A DNA stretch of 64,000 nt from Flavobacteriaceae bacterium. GTDB lineage: Bacteria > Bacteroidota > Bacteroidia > Flavobacteriales > Flavobacteriaceae. Both the position numbers and the translations under genes were made by a program. Shown one piece after another: positions 47,400 through 56,792 of the stretch. Location of the stretch: NCBI GenBank assembly GCA_002862755.1, contig PKDY01000039.1, positions 8,789 to 72,788 on the forward strand, read 5' to 3'. The notes beneath the pieces are model-generated. The model ran no database searches. It saw only the letters and a program-made list of their open reading frames with translations, and was not told where the DNA came from. Each line of letters begins with the position of its first letter. The first letter of the stretch is position 1.

Positions 47400-48428
47400 A
47401 TGAATCCACCTCTTCTACAATTTAATAATAAAGGCATTTATTGTGCACAAGCTGATGTATATATTGATCCTTGGAGGCCTGTTAAAAATGCAATTATTAC
47501 GCACGGACACGCAGATCATTCTAGATGGGGACATCAAAATTATATTACTCATCATACTAATGTTCCCATTATAAAGCATCGATTAGGTGCTATTCATGTT
47601 ACAGGAAAAAATTGGAATGAAACCTTTATAGTTAATAATGTGAAATTTTCTTTGCATCCAGCCGGACATATAATTGGTAGCTCCCAAGTACGTGTTGAAT
47701 ATAAAGGAGAAGTTTGGGTATTTACAGGTGATTACAAAACTGAAGAGGATGGTATTGCGGTTCCTTATGAAGTTGTTAAATGTCATACCTTCATAACAGA
47801 ATGTACTTTTGGATTACCTGTGTTTAAATGGACTCCTCAAACTGAAGTTATGAATAGTATTAACCAGTGGTGGTCTGAAAATAAAGCAGAAGGAAAAACA
47901 TCCATACTGTTTGGGTATTCTTTAGGCAAAGCCCAACGTTTATTGAAATATTTGGATACTAGCATTGGTAAAATATATACTCATGGAGCCATTGAAAATA
48001 TGAATAATGTAATTCGACCTATGGTAGATTTACCAGAAACGACTTTAATTACTAGAGAAACAAAAAAGGAAGCTATTTCAGGAAATCTTGTTTTAGCTCC
48101 ACCAAGTGCTCATGGAACGACTTGGATTCGGAAAATGACTCCTTTTGTTACTGGAACTGCTAGTGGATGGATGGCTTTTCGTGGAGCAAGAAGAAGAAGG
48201 GCCATAGACAAAGGATTTGTATTAAGTGATCATTGTGATTGGGATGGTTTATTAAGCAGTATAAGAGCTACAGGTGCTGAAAAAATAATTTGTACGCATG
48301 GATATACCGATATCTTTTCCAAATATTTAAGAGAGTTGGGGTATGATGCACGTACCGAAAAAACACAATATGAAGGAGAAAATGCAGAAATGAACAAAGA
48401 AGAGGATTTAGAAAAAATAATCCCTTAA
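47400..48428 (+). CDS. Ligase-associated DNA damage response exonuclease (MBL/beta-CASP)
   Basis: ITHGHADH, AGHIIGS, TGDYK, ITECTFGLP, YSLGKAQR, LSDHCDW, THG. Confidence 0.93.
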   Translation: MNPPLLQFNNKGIYCAQADVYIDPWRPVKNAIITHGHADHSRWGHQNYITHHTNVPIIKHRLGAIHVTGKNWNETFIVNNVKFSLHPAGHIIGSSQVRVEYKGEVWVFTGDYKTEEDGIAVPYEVVKCHTFITECTFGLPVFKWTPQTEVMNSINQWWSENKAEGKTSILFGYSLGKAQRLLKYLDTSIGKIYTHGAIENMNNVIRPMVDLPETTLITRETKKEAISGNLVLAPPSAHGTTWIRKMTPFVTGTASGWMAFRGARRRRAIDKGFVLSDHCDWDGLLSSIRATGAEKIICTHGYTDIFSKYLRELGYDARTEKTQYEGENAEMNKEEDLEKIIP

Positions 48429-48438
48429 AAATTACAAA

Positions 48439-50040
48439 ATGAAGAATTTTGCCAACTTAATTAAATCGCTTGATAGTTCTAATAAAACGAATGTAAAAGT
48501 AGAGGCTTTAACAGCATATTTTAGAACGGCTTCTCCAGAAGATAAAGTTTGGACTATAGCTATTTTATCACATCGTCGACCTCCAAGACCCGTTAATACA
48601 ACTTTGTTACGACTTTGGGCAAATGAACTCGCTAACATTCCCATGTGGTTGTTTGAAGAAAGTTATCATATTGTGGGTGATTTAGCTGAAACCATTGCTT
48701 TAATTATACCTACTAATGAAGCACACTCCTCCAAAAGCTTGACTACTTATCTACAAGAAATTATAGCCTTAAAAAGTAAACCTGAAGCTGAAAAGAAAAC
48801 TTATTTACAAGAAAATTGGTTGGCTTTAAATTATTACGAACGTTTTGTATTCACTAAATTAATTACAGGTAGTTTCAGAATTGGCGTCAGTCAAAAATTA
48901 ATGACCAAAGCCTTATCTAAAGCAGAAGGGATAGATGAAAACATTTTAGCGTATAAGCTAATGGGAAATTGGAATCCTAATACAACTACATTTCATGATT
49001 TAATTCTAGCGGAAAAGAGTAGTGATTACATTTCAAAACCATATCCTTTTTATTTGGCTTATCCTATAGAAGGTGAAATTGAAAGTTTGGGCAATCCAAA
49101 GGATTGGTATATGGAACATAAATGGGATGGTATTCGTTCCCAAACTATTTTTAGAGCAGATCAAATTTTTATTTGGTCAAGAGGAGAAGAATTAATGACC
49201 GATAAATATCCTGAATTTCACGATTTGATAGGTTTAATTCCCAATGGGACTGTTATTGATGCCGAAATTTTAGCTTTTCCTGACAATCAAATTGGTACTT
49301 TTAACGATTTACAAACACGCATTGGTAGGAAAAAAATATCAAATGCACTATTGAAAAAAACACCTGTTATTTTAAAAGCCTATGACTTATTGGAATGGGA
49401 AGGAAACGATCTTCGAAATTATCCTTACGAATACCGGCGTGATATATTAGAGAAATTATATCAAGTTTTAGAAAATAAAAAAGTGCCGTTTTATCTATCA
49501 GAACGAATAAAAATCAATTCGTGGGATGAGGTAACTGCAGAAAGAATGCAAGCTCGAGAAAAAAGAAGTGAAGGTTTAATGTTAAAAAGAAAAGATTCCA
49601 CGTATCAAGTAGGAAGAAAGAAAGGAGATTGGTGGAAATGGAAATTAGAACCTTTAACCATCGATGCGGTTTTAACCTATGCTATGAGAGGAAGTGGAAG
49701 AAGAAGTACTCTTTTTACCGATTACACTTTTGCACTTTGGCAAGAAAATGAAGAAGGAGAAAAAGAATTGGTCACATTTGCCAAAGCTTATTCTGGTCTA
49801 ACGGATGCAGAATTTAGAAAAGTAGATGATTTTATCAAGAAAAATACGATTGATAAATTCGGACCGGTAAGAAGTGTTACGCCTCAATTGGTATTTGAAA
49901 TTGGATTTGAAGGTATTACACTTTCTAAAAGACATAAAAGTGGTATCGCTACTCGTTTTCCCAGAATTTTAAGATGGCGTCAGGATAAGAAAATCGAAGA
50001 AGCAAATTCTATTGAAGATTTAAAAAGCATGATTATTTAA
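48439..50040 (+). CDS. ATP-dependent DNA ligase
   Basis: Motif I EHKWDGIR, IDAEI, AYDLL, EGLMLK, WWKWK; OB-fold TDYTFA, AKAYSGL, RFPRI. Confidence 0.95.
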   Translation: MKNFANLIKSLDSSNKTNVKVEALTAYFRTASPEDKVWTIAILSHRRPPRPVNTTLLRLWANELANIPMWLFEESYHIVGDLAETIALIIPTNEAHSSKSLTTYLQEIIALKSKPEAEKKTYLQENWLALNYYERFVFTKLITGSFRIGVSQKLMTKALSKAEGIDENILAYKLMGNWNPNTTTFHDLILAEKSSDYISKPYPFYLAYPIEGEIESLGNPKDWYMEHKWDGIRSQTIFRADQIFIWSRGEELMTDKYPEFHDLIGLIPNGTVIDAEILAFPDNQIGTFNDLQTRIGRKKISNALLKKTPVILKAYDLLEWEGNDLRNYPYEYRRDILEKLYQVLENKKVPFYLSERIKINSWDEVTAERMQAREKRSEGLMLKRKDSTYQVGRKKGDWWKWKLEPLTIDAVLTYAMRGSGRRSTLFTDYTFALWQENEEGEKELVTFAKAYSGLTDAEFRKVDDFIKKNTIDKFGPVRSVTPQLVFEIGFEGITLSKRHKSGIATRFPRILRWRQDKKIEEANSIEDLKSMII

Positions 50041-50043
50041 GTT

Positions 50044-52506
50044 ATGAATAGAGCAGCCTTATATCAAATTGCTGAAAAATGGTTTGAATCACAAAACTGG
50101 AAACCGTTTGCTTTTCAAAAACAAACATGGAAAGCGTTCTTACAAGGTAAAAACGGTCTTTTGAATGCCCCCACAGGTAGCGGAAAAACTTATGCGCTTT
50201 GGTTTCCTATTATTTTAAATTATATCCAACAAGTAGAAAAAGGCAAAATAAAAAAGCAATCTGGATTGAAAGCCATTTGGATTACACCTTTACGAGCACT
50301 TTCCACAGAAATCAAACAAGCTGCTGAACGTGTTATTACCGATTTAGGTGTTCCAATGACAGTTGGGATTCGTACAGGTGATACTTCAACAACAGAAAGA
50401 ACCAAACAGAAAAATAAAATGCCAGATTTATTAATTACAACTCCAGAGAGTTTGCAATTGTTATTGGCATCAAAAAACTATGCTCAAACTTTTGCACAAT
50501 GTACAGCTATTGTTATAGATGAATGGCATGAATTATTAGGTAGTAAAAGAGGTGTGCAAATGGAACTGGCTTTGTCAAGATTAAAATCAATTTCTCAGAA
50601 TATGCGAATTTGGGGAATTTCGGCAACCATTGGCAACTTAGAATTGGCACAAGAAGTGTTACTTGGAAAAGAAACGGATGCTTTTAAAAATTCTGTTTTA
50701 ATTAAAGCAAATCTTCCGAAAAAAATAACCGTTAAATCTATACTTCCAAAAAAGATGGAAACCTATCCTTGGAGAGGTCATATGGGGTTGCATTTATTAG
50801 ATGAGGTGGTACAAATCATTCGTAAAAGTAAAACAACCTTACTTTTTACCAATACACGTTCGCAATGTGAAATCTGGTTTCAATCGATACTAGATCATTA
50901 TCCTGAATTTGCTGGGGAAATTGCCATGCATCATGGAAGTATTGCTAAAGAAACCCGAATTTGGGTAGAAAATGCTATTAAAAATGAAGAATTAAAGTTG
51001 GTAGTCTGTACTTCTAGTTTGGATTTAGGAGTAGACTTTGCCCCAGTTGAAACCATTATTCAAGTTGGTGGACCAAAAGGAGTCGCACGATTTTTACAAA
51101 GAGCAGGGAGAAGTGGTCACCAACCAGGAAAAGAAAGTGTTATTTATTTTTTAGCCACTCATGCTATGGAATTAATTGAAGCTTCAGCCTTAAAAAAAGC
51201 GGCTGCGGAAACTATTGTAGAAGACAGAATTCCCTATTTAAATTGCTATGATGTTTTAATTCAATATTTAAATACATTAGCAGTTGCGGACGGATTTTAT
51301 CCCAATGAAATCTTCAAAGAGATAAAACAAACATTTTGTTATCAAAATATTTCTGATGCAGAATGGCTATGGGTTTTAAATTTTATAACCAAAGGAAGTC
51401 AAAGTTTGCAAGCTTATGATGAATTCAAAAAAGTAGAAATAGAGGCAAACGGTTTGTTTAAAATTAATAATAAGCGAATCGCCATGCAACATCGTATGCA
51501 AATAGGAACGATTGTTAGTGATGCGGTCTTGAACGTTAAATTTTTAAGTGGTGGTTACATTGGTTCTATAGAAGAATGGTTTGCCTCTAAGTTGCAAAGT
51601 GGAGATACTTTTATATTTGCAGGTAGAAAACTAGAATTTCATTCTATAAAAAACATGATTGTTTTAGTGAAATTGGCTAATGGAAAAAAAGAATCGAAAT
51701 CGGTGAGCTGGATGGGTGGCAGAATGACTTTTTCTGCTCAAATGAGTGAACTACTCCGGCAAGAATTATACAAAGTGAATCAAGGGTTGTTAACTCCAGA
51801 ATTGAAAGCGTTACAACCTGTTTTTGAGAGACAGCAAAAAGAAAGTATTCTACCCAATGACAATCAGTTCCTCATTGAAACTTTTAAAACAAGAGAAGGG
51901 TATCATACGATTTTTTATCCGTTTGAAGGTCGGTTCGTTCATGAAGCTTTAGCCAGTCTCTTATCCTATCGAATCAGTTTATTGTCGCCAATATCTTTTT
52001 CTTTAGCCTATAATGATTACGGATTTGAATTGCTTTCCGATCAAATACTGGATTTAGAAGCACTATTTGATAATAATTTATTTAGTACTTCTCATTTGCA
52101 TGATGACTTGCAAAGTAGTTTGAATGCCACCGAAATGGCGAGACGAAAATTTAGAGATATTGCAGTTATTGCAGGTTTAGTATTTACAGGAAGACCTGGA
52201 CAACCTGTAAAAACCAAACACTTGCAAAGTGGTTCGCAATTGTTATTTGAAGTTTTTAGAGATTATGAACCCGATAATTTGTTGTTGCGACAAGCTTATA
52301 TTGAAACCTTCGAACATCAATTGGAAGAAGGAAGATTAATACAAGCTTTGGAGAGGATTAATAATCAGGAAATAGTAGTTAAAAGATGTGAAAAACCAAC
52401 ACCTTTCAGTTTTCCTATAATTACAGATCGATTGAGAGAAAAATTATCAAGTGAAACTTTAGCGGAACGTATCGCAAAAATGACAGCGAGTTATTTAAAA
52501 GTTTAA
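50044..52506 (+). CDS. Ligase-associated DEXH-box helicase (Lhr-core)
   Basis: APTGSGKT, TPLRAL, TTPESL, DEWH, SAT, HHGS, TSSLDLGVDF, QRAGRSGH, GTI. Confidence 0.95.
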   Translation: MNRAALYQIAEKWFESQNWKPFAFQKQTWKAFLQGKNGLLNAPTGSGKTYALWFPIILNYIQQVEKGKIKKQSGLKAIWITPLRALSTEIKQAAERVITDLGVPMTVGIRTGDTSTTERTKQKNKMPDLLITTPESLQLLLASKNYAQTFAQCTAIVIDEWHELLGSKRGVQMELALSRLKSISQNMRIWGISATIGNLELAQEVLLGKETDAFKNSVLIKANLPKKITVKSILPKKMETYPWRGHMGLHLLDEVVQIIRKSKTTLLFTNTRSQCEIWFQSILDHYPEFAGEIAMHHGSIAKETRIWVENAIKNEELKLVVCTSSLDLGVDFAPVETIIQVGGPKGVARFLQRAGRSGHQPGKESVIYFLATHAMELIEASALKKAAAETIVEDRIPYLNCYDVLIQYLNTLAVADGFYPNEIFKEIKQTFCYQNISDAEWLWVLNFITKGSQSLQAYDEFKKVEIEANGLFKINNKRIAMQHRMQIGTIVSDAVLNVKFLSGGYIGSIEEWFASKLQSGDTFIFAGRKLEFHSIKNMIVLVKLANGKKESKSVSWMGGRMTFSAQMSELLRQELYKVNQGLLTPELKALQPVFERQQKESILPNDNQFLIETFKTREGYHTIFYPFEGRFVHEALASLLSYRISLLSPISFSLAYNDYGFELLSDQILDLEALFDNNLFSTSHLHDDLQSSLNATEMARRKFRDIAVIAGLVFTGRPGQPVKTKHLQSGSQLLFEVFRDYEPDNLLLRQAYIETFEHQLEEGRLIQALERINNQEIVVKRCEKPTPFSFPIITDRLREKLSSETLAERIAKMTASYLKV

Positions 52507-52521
52507 TAGGAAAATGCTTCT

Positions 52522-53157
52522 ATGAATATTACAATTAAGAAACAAGTTTTTATGTTACACCCTTTTGGTAGTTTGTATTGGAAGGATAAGAATATTTTGT
52601 TAATTTCGGATTTGCATTTGGGAAAAATATCGCATTTTAGAAAAAATGGATTGGCCATTCCGAATTCAGCTATACCCAAAAATTTTGAAAAACTAAATGA
52701 ACTATTGGATGTATACCAACCTCAAAAAATTATTTTTTTAGGGGATTTGTTTCACAGTACGTTAAATAGTGAATGGTATTATTTTGATAATTGGGTCCAA
52801 TCCGTATCACAAAAAATCATTTTAATTGAAGGAAATCATGACATTGTTGCCAAACACCATTATGAAAGTCTTCATGTTGAGGTTCTAGAGCGCTTACAAA
52901 TTGATGATTTTCTTTTAACGCATCATCCAGTTGAAACGGAGAATCTATTTAATTTCTGTGGTCACATTCATCCAAGAGTTGTTTTATCCGGACTTGGAAA
53001 ACAATATTTAAAAATTCCGTGTTATTTTAGAAAGCAAAACCAACTTATATTGCCTGCTTTTGGTGAATTTACCGGAAATTATACTCTAAAACCTACACCA
53101 AAAGATAAAGTTTATGTACTCACACCTAATGAAGTAATCGAAGTGAATTTAGTATAA
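52522..53157 (+). CDS. pdeM: Ligase-associated metallophosphoesterase/endonuclease PdeM
   Basis: SDLHLGK, LGDLFH, EGNHD, THHP, GHIHP, LPAFG.FTG. Confidence 0.93.
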   Translation: MNITIKKQVFMLHPFGSLYWKDKNILLISDLHLGKISHFRKNGLAIPNSAIPKNFEKLNELLDVYQPQKIIFLGDLFHSTLNSEWYYFDNWVQSVSQKIILIEGNHDIVAKHHYESLHVEVLERLQIDDFLLTHHPVETENLFNFCGHIHPRVVLSGLGKQYLKIPCYFRKQNQLILPAFGEFTGNYTLKPTPKDKVYVLTPNEVIEVNLV

Positions 53158-53178
53158 AAAAAGGAATTAATCTTATCT

Positions 53179-53445
53179 TTATGCGTTATTGGGAGTTAAT
53201 GGATTTGAAAATCTATTCCATTTTGACCAATCAAAGGAAGTATTCGTTTTTGCTAATTTTTGTAACATAGTATGGTAAGATGTACTCACTTGAATGCTTC
53301 TTTTACATTCTACTACAAAAGAAAGTAAAAACATTTCAAAATAATTCACTTGTTTGGCGTGAATTACAAGGTCATTCGTACAAGTTGCTACAAGGATGCA
53401 AAAAGTACTGACACATAATCGATTGAATAATACTAGCGTTTTCAT
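53179..53445 (-). CDS. Hypothetical 88-aa protein
   Basis: ORF with no recognisable family; supported mainly by a well-formed tandem-box promoter immediately upstream. Confidence 0.45.
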   Translation of the reverse strand: MKTLVLFNRLCVSTFCILVATCTNDLVIHAKQVNYFEMFLLSFVVECKRSIQVSTSYHTMLQKLAKTNTSFDWSKWNRFSNPLTPNNA

Positions 53446-53465
53446 AACGTTTTATATTTATAATA

Positions 53466-53526
53466 CAAATCTATTGCGAGTAGCCTTATTCTTACTTATA
53501 TAATTTCAATAGATATTTATACAATA
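53466..53526 (-). promoter_or_regulatory. Tandem-box promoter (regulon site 11)
   Basis: -7 53466-53473 (sense TAGATTTG); TTATATAATT 53496-53505; TTATACAATA 53517-53526. Confidence 0.7.
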
Positions 53527-53580
53527 TTTATTTTAATGCGTTAAACTTTGTAGATTTGCAACAACAACAATTTTTTTCAC

Positions 53581-54405
53581 ATGACAACAACACAACTTGT
53601 GCATCAAATTCAAACCAAAAAATCTTTTTTATGTATTGGTTTGGACGTTGATCTCAACAAAATTCCTGCATTTTTATTAGAAAAAGAAGATCCTATTTTT
53701 GAATTTAATAAGGCCATTATCGATGCCACACATGATTTATGTGTTTCGTATAAACCGAATACAGCTTTTTACGAAGCTTATGGAATAAAGGGATGGCAAT
53801 CCTTGCAAAAAACCATACAATACCTCAATGATAACTATCCTGATATTTTTACAATAGCCGATGCTAAAAGAGGAGATATAGGGAATACGTCTTCTATGTA
53901 TGCCAAAGCTTTTTTTGAAGACTTAGCATTTGATAGTGTTACAGTAGCACCCTACATGGGAAAAGATTCTGTAGAACCCTTTTTAGCATTTGAAAACAAG
54001 CATACGATTATGTTAGCTTTAACTTCTAACGAAGGTGCTTTTGATTTTCAAACGTTGCAAGTAGAGGATAAGGAATTGTACAAAAAAGTATTGGAAACTT
54101 CAAAAAAATGGAAAAATGCTGAAAATTTAATGTATGTAGTGGGTGCTACAAAAGCAGAATATTTTACCGAAATCAGAAAAATTGTACCTGAAAGTTTTCT
54201 TTTAGTTCCTGGTGTAGGCGCACAAGGCGGAAGTTTGTCTGAAGTGTGTAAGTATGGAATGAATGAAAATGTTGGATTATTAATTAATTCTTCTAGAGGA
54301 ATTCTTTATGCGTCCAATCAAGAAGATTTTGCTGAAAAAGCTAGAGCTGAAGCATTGAAGTTGCAACAAGAAATGAGTGAGATTCTTAATGAAATGATTT
54401 TATAG
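53581..54405 (+). CDS. pyrF: Orotidine-5'-phosphate decarboxylase
   Basis: [52 protein letters not shown]. Confidence 0.97.
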   Translation: MTTTQLVHQIQTKKSFLCIGLDVDLNKIPAFLLEKEDPIFEFNKAIIDATHDLCVSYKPNTAFYEAYGIKGWQSLQKTIQYLNDNYPDIFTIADAKRGDIGNTSSMYAKAFFEDLAFDSVTVAPYMGKDSVEPFLAFENKHTIMLALTSNEGAFDFQTLQVEDKELYKKVLETSKKWKNAENLMYVVGATKAEYFTEIRKIVPESFLLVPGVGAQGGSLSEVCKYGMNENVGLLINSSRGILYASNQEDFAEKARAEALKLQQEMSEILNEMIL

Positions 54406-54962
54406 TGAAATACTTTGTTAGTTGTATTCTTGTTTTGTTTATTGTTGGTTGTAAAATCAATAATGAAGAAGTTTATCAGAAAGAGTCAGAAAAGTTGATT
54501 AAGCAAGCTTTGCTTGATTTTGGAGATGATGGTTATGAAGAGCATATACTTAGTCAACAGTCAAATAAAACATTATTGGAAATTCTTGGAGCAGTTGATC
54601 GAGAGATTGAATATAGAACTTTGCTTAAAAAATCCTTGCAAATTGAAAATGATGATGTTTTTGATAAATGTAATAAATTATCAAGTAGCTTTAAATTGAC
54701 TAAAAATATATTAGGAAATCGAAATGTGATTTATTTAGAGGATTTAATTAAAATTCGAAAAGAATTTGGTTCAAAAGGCAGAGATAAAATTTATTCGTAT
54801 TATCCTAAAGGTTGGTTAACAGTTAAACCTCCAATTTTTAATGAGGGTTACGATATTGCTGTTATTGAAATAGGAAACTGTATTGGAGGATACTTGGCTA
54901 TATATAAATTTGAAAATAATAAATGGGTTTTAGTTAAAAGATTAATGAGTTGGATTAGTTAA
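54405..54962 (+). CDS. Hypothetical lipoprotein
   Basis: GTG start overlapping the pyrF stop; lipobox IVGC; no family recognised. Confidence 0.6.
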   Translation: MKYFVSCILVLFIVGCKINNEEVYQKESEKLIKQALLDFGDDGYEEHILSQQSNKTLLEILGAVDREIEYRTLLKKSLQIENDDVFDKCNKLSSSFKLTKNILGNRNVIYLEDLIKIRKEFGSKGRDKIYSYYPKGWLTVKPPIFNEGYDIAVIEIGNCIGGYLAIYKFENNKWVLVKRLMSWIS

Positions 54963-54974
54963 AATTTGTGAATT

Positions 54975-55772
54975 ATGAAATCTATCGACCAAATAGGAAA
55001 CCAACATACTTTTGATACTGTTCCAAAAAGAATTGTTTCATTAGTACCCTCTCAAACCGAATTATTATATGATTTAGGTTTGGAAGATAGTTTAGTAGGT
55101 ATTACAAAATTTTGCATACATCCGTATCATTTAAAAGCGACCAAAACGATTGTGGGTGGTACCAAAAAGATTAAAATAGATAAAATAAAAGCACTAAAAC
55201 CAGATATTATCATTTGTAATAAAGAAGAGAATACGAAAGAAATAGTGGAAGAATTAAGTAGTGTTTGTCCGGTTTGGGTCACTGATATTCTGACTATTGA
55301 AGATAATTTGAAAATGATTGATGATTTCGGATTGCTCTTTAATAAACGAACGGAAGCTAGAAAATGGATCGATAAAACCCATTTTGCTTGGGAAGATTTT
55401 AAAAAGTATATTGCCGATAAACCCATAAAAAAAGCGGCTTATTTTATTTGGGCAAACCCATATATGGTAGCAGGAAATACTACTTTCATCAATGAATTAT
55501 TACACTTAAATCATTTTAATAATATTTATGAAAATAAAGACAGTCGTTATCCAGAAGTCGAACTTAGAAAAATTAGATTAGAAGGCGATCCCGATTATGT
55601 GTTTTTATCTTCTGAACCTTTTCCTTTTAAAGACGAACATGCTTTTGAAATAGGTAGAGCAACCCATCATGCGAAAACAGTATTTGTAGATGGGGAAATG
55701 TTTTCTTGGTATGGAAGCCGATTGGTTAAAGCTTTTGATTATTTTAAAAAATTACACGAGAAAATTACCTAA
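54975..55772 (+). CDS. Helical-backbone metal receptor (BtuF/TroA-like) without signal peptide
   Basis: PKRIVSLVPSQTELL, VGITKFC, GGTK, NKEEN, SSEPFPF, VDGEMFSWYG.RL. Confidence 0.85.
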   Translation: MKSIDQIGNQHTFDTVPKRIVSLVPSQTELLYDLGLEDSLVGITKFCIHPYHLKATKTIVGGTKKIKIDKIKALKPDIIICNKEENTKEIVEELSSVCPVWVTDILTIEDNLKMIDDFGLLFNKRTEARKWIDKTHFAWEDFKKYIADKPIKKAAYFIWANPYMVAGNTTFINELLHLNHFNNIYENKDSRYPEVELRKIRLEGDPDYVFLSSEPFPFKDEHAFEIGRATHHAKTVFVDGEMFSWYGSRLVKAFDYFKKLHEKIT

Positions 55773-55801
55773 TAAATTAGTAAAGTTAAAAGCATAAAAA
55801 A

Positions 55802-55823
55802 ACCACGTTTCGGGAAACGTGGT
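55802..55823. terminator. Intrinsic terminator hairpin
   Basis: ACCACGTTTC/GAAACGTGGT stem; A-run upstream and T-run shortly downstream. Confidence 0.75.
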
Positions 55824-55953
55824 AATTTTTTTAACTAACCTTAACCAAACAAATATGAGATTTGTTACTTTTAACTCTGCAAATATCCGACTATTTTTGA
55901 CCAAGGTGTGTTAACAATGTGTTATATATATGTTATTGAATATTAAAATTTAA

Positions 55954-56664
55954 TTACTTATTATCTTGTAATGCAAATACTCTTTTTAATAAATCTGAAG
56001 TTCTCGAACTTAGCTGGGTTCTTATATTTCCTTCTTCAATAGCAATCATTTTAAAAACGCCTTCCATAGCTTTATTAGTAGTATAGTCTGTTAAGTCTGG
56101 ATTAACCTGATTTACAAAAGGAATACTGTTGTATTTGGTTATAATATTAGTCCAAACTTTATCTGCTCCCACTTTTGTGAAAGAATTCTTAATAACAGGA
56201 TTGAATTTACTATATAACGCACTTGAAGTTGTACTTTCTAAATAAGAAGTAGCCGCTCTATTGTCTCCCATTAAAATATTTTTAGCATCGTTAAATGTCA
56301 TTTGTTTTACTGCATCCACAAAAATAGGAGTCGCTTCTTTAACAGCATCTTCTGCGGCACGATTTAAAACTTTTAGACCTTCATCGGCTAATTTGGATAA
56401 ACCAATATCTCTCAACCCTTTGTCTACTTTTTGTAATTCTTGTGGCAATAAAATTTTTACCAATTCATTTTTGTAAAAACCATCTACAGCGGTTAATTTG
56501 GTAACTTGTTTATCAATTCCATTATCTAAGGCTTCTTTCAAACCATTCGCAATATCTAACTGACTTAATCCACCAGGACCTTGTGGTAATTGATTTACTA
56601 CTTGTTGTAACTCTGAACAACTTAAACTAATAAATGCCAATACGCAAAATACAATTTTTTTCAT
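55954..56664 (-). CDS. DUF4197-family lipoprotein
   Basis: Start placed at 56664 (MKKIVFCVLAFISLSC lipobox); GLKEAL, NRAAEDAV, G.F.MIA.EE..IR. Confidence 0.85.
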   Translation of the reverse strand: MKKIVFCVLAFISLSCSELQQVVNQLPQGPGGLSQLDIANGLKEALDNGIDKQVTKLTAVDGFYKNELVKILLPQELQKVDKGLRDIGLSKLADEGLKVLNRAAEDAVKEATPIFVDAVKQMTFNDAKNILMGDNRAATSYLESTTSSALYSKFNPVIKNSFTKVGADKVWTNIITKYNSIPFVNQVNPDLTDYTTNKAMEGVFKMIAIEEGNIRTQLSSRTSDLLKRVFALQDNK

Positions 56665-56792
56665 GTGTACTATTTTAGGACTTTTCTTCAAATATAATGC
56701 CTTTTTTTTTAGCATGAAATTCTACTCTGAAATAAGCAAAGAAATTTATTAAATTCGTAAATTGCACCCTTAAATTTGAGATAAAATTACAA

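Noticed and set aside
13142-53580. Prophage, ICE or IS origin of the block
   Set aside because: No integrase, transposase, phage structural or conjugation genes, and no att-like direct repeats at the edges. The holin-family label on 15856-16209 reflects a YqjE-like membrane protein.
56665-56715. Longer N-terminus of DUF4197 (track start 56715)
   Set aside because: The lipoprotein signal begins at MKKIVF (56664); the extension overlaps a -7-like element.
56700-56792. Cobalamin riboswitch before icmF
   Set aside because: The intergenic region is short and AT-rich, with no B12-box or conserved core.
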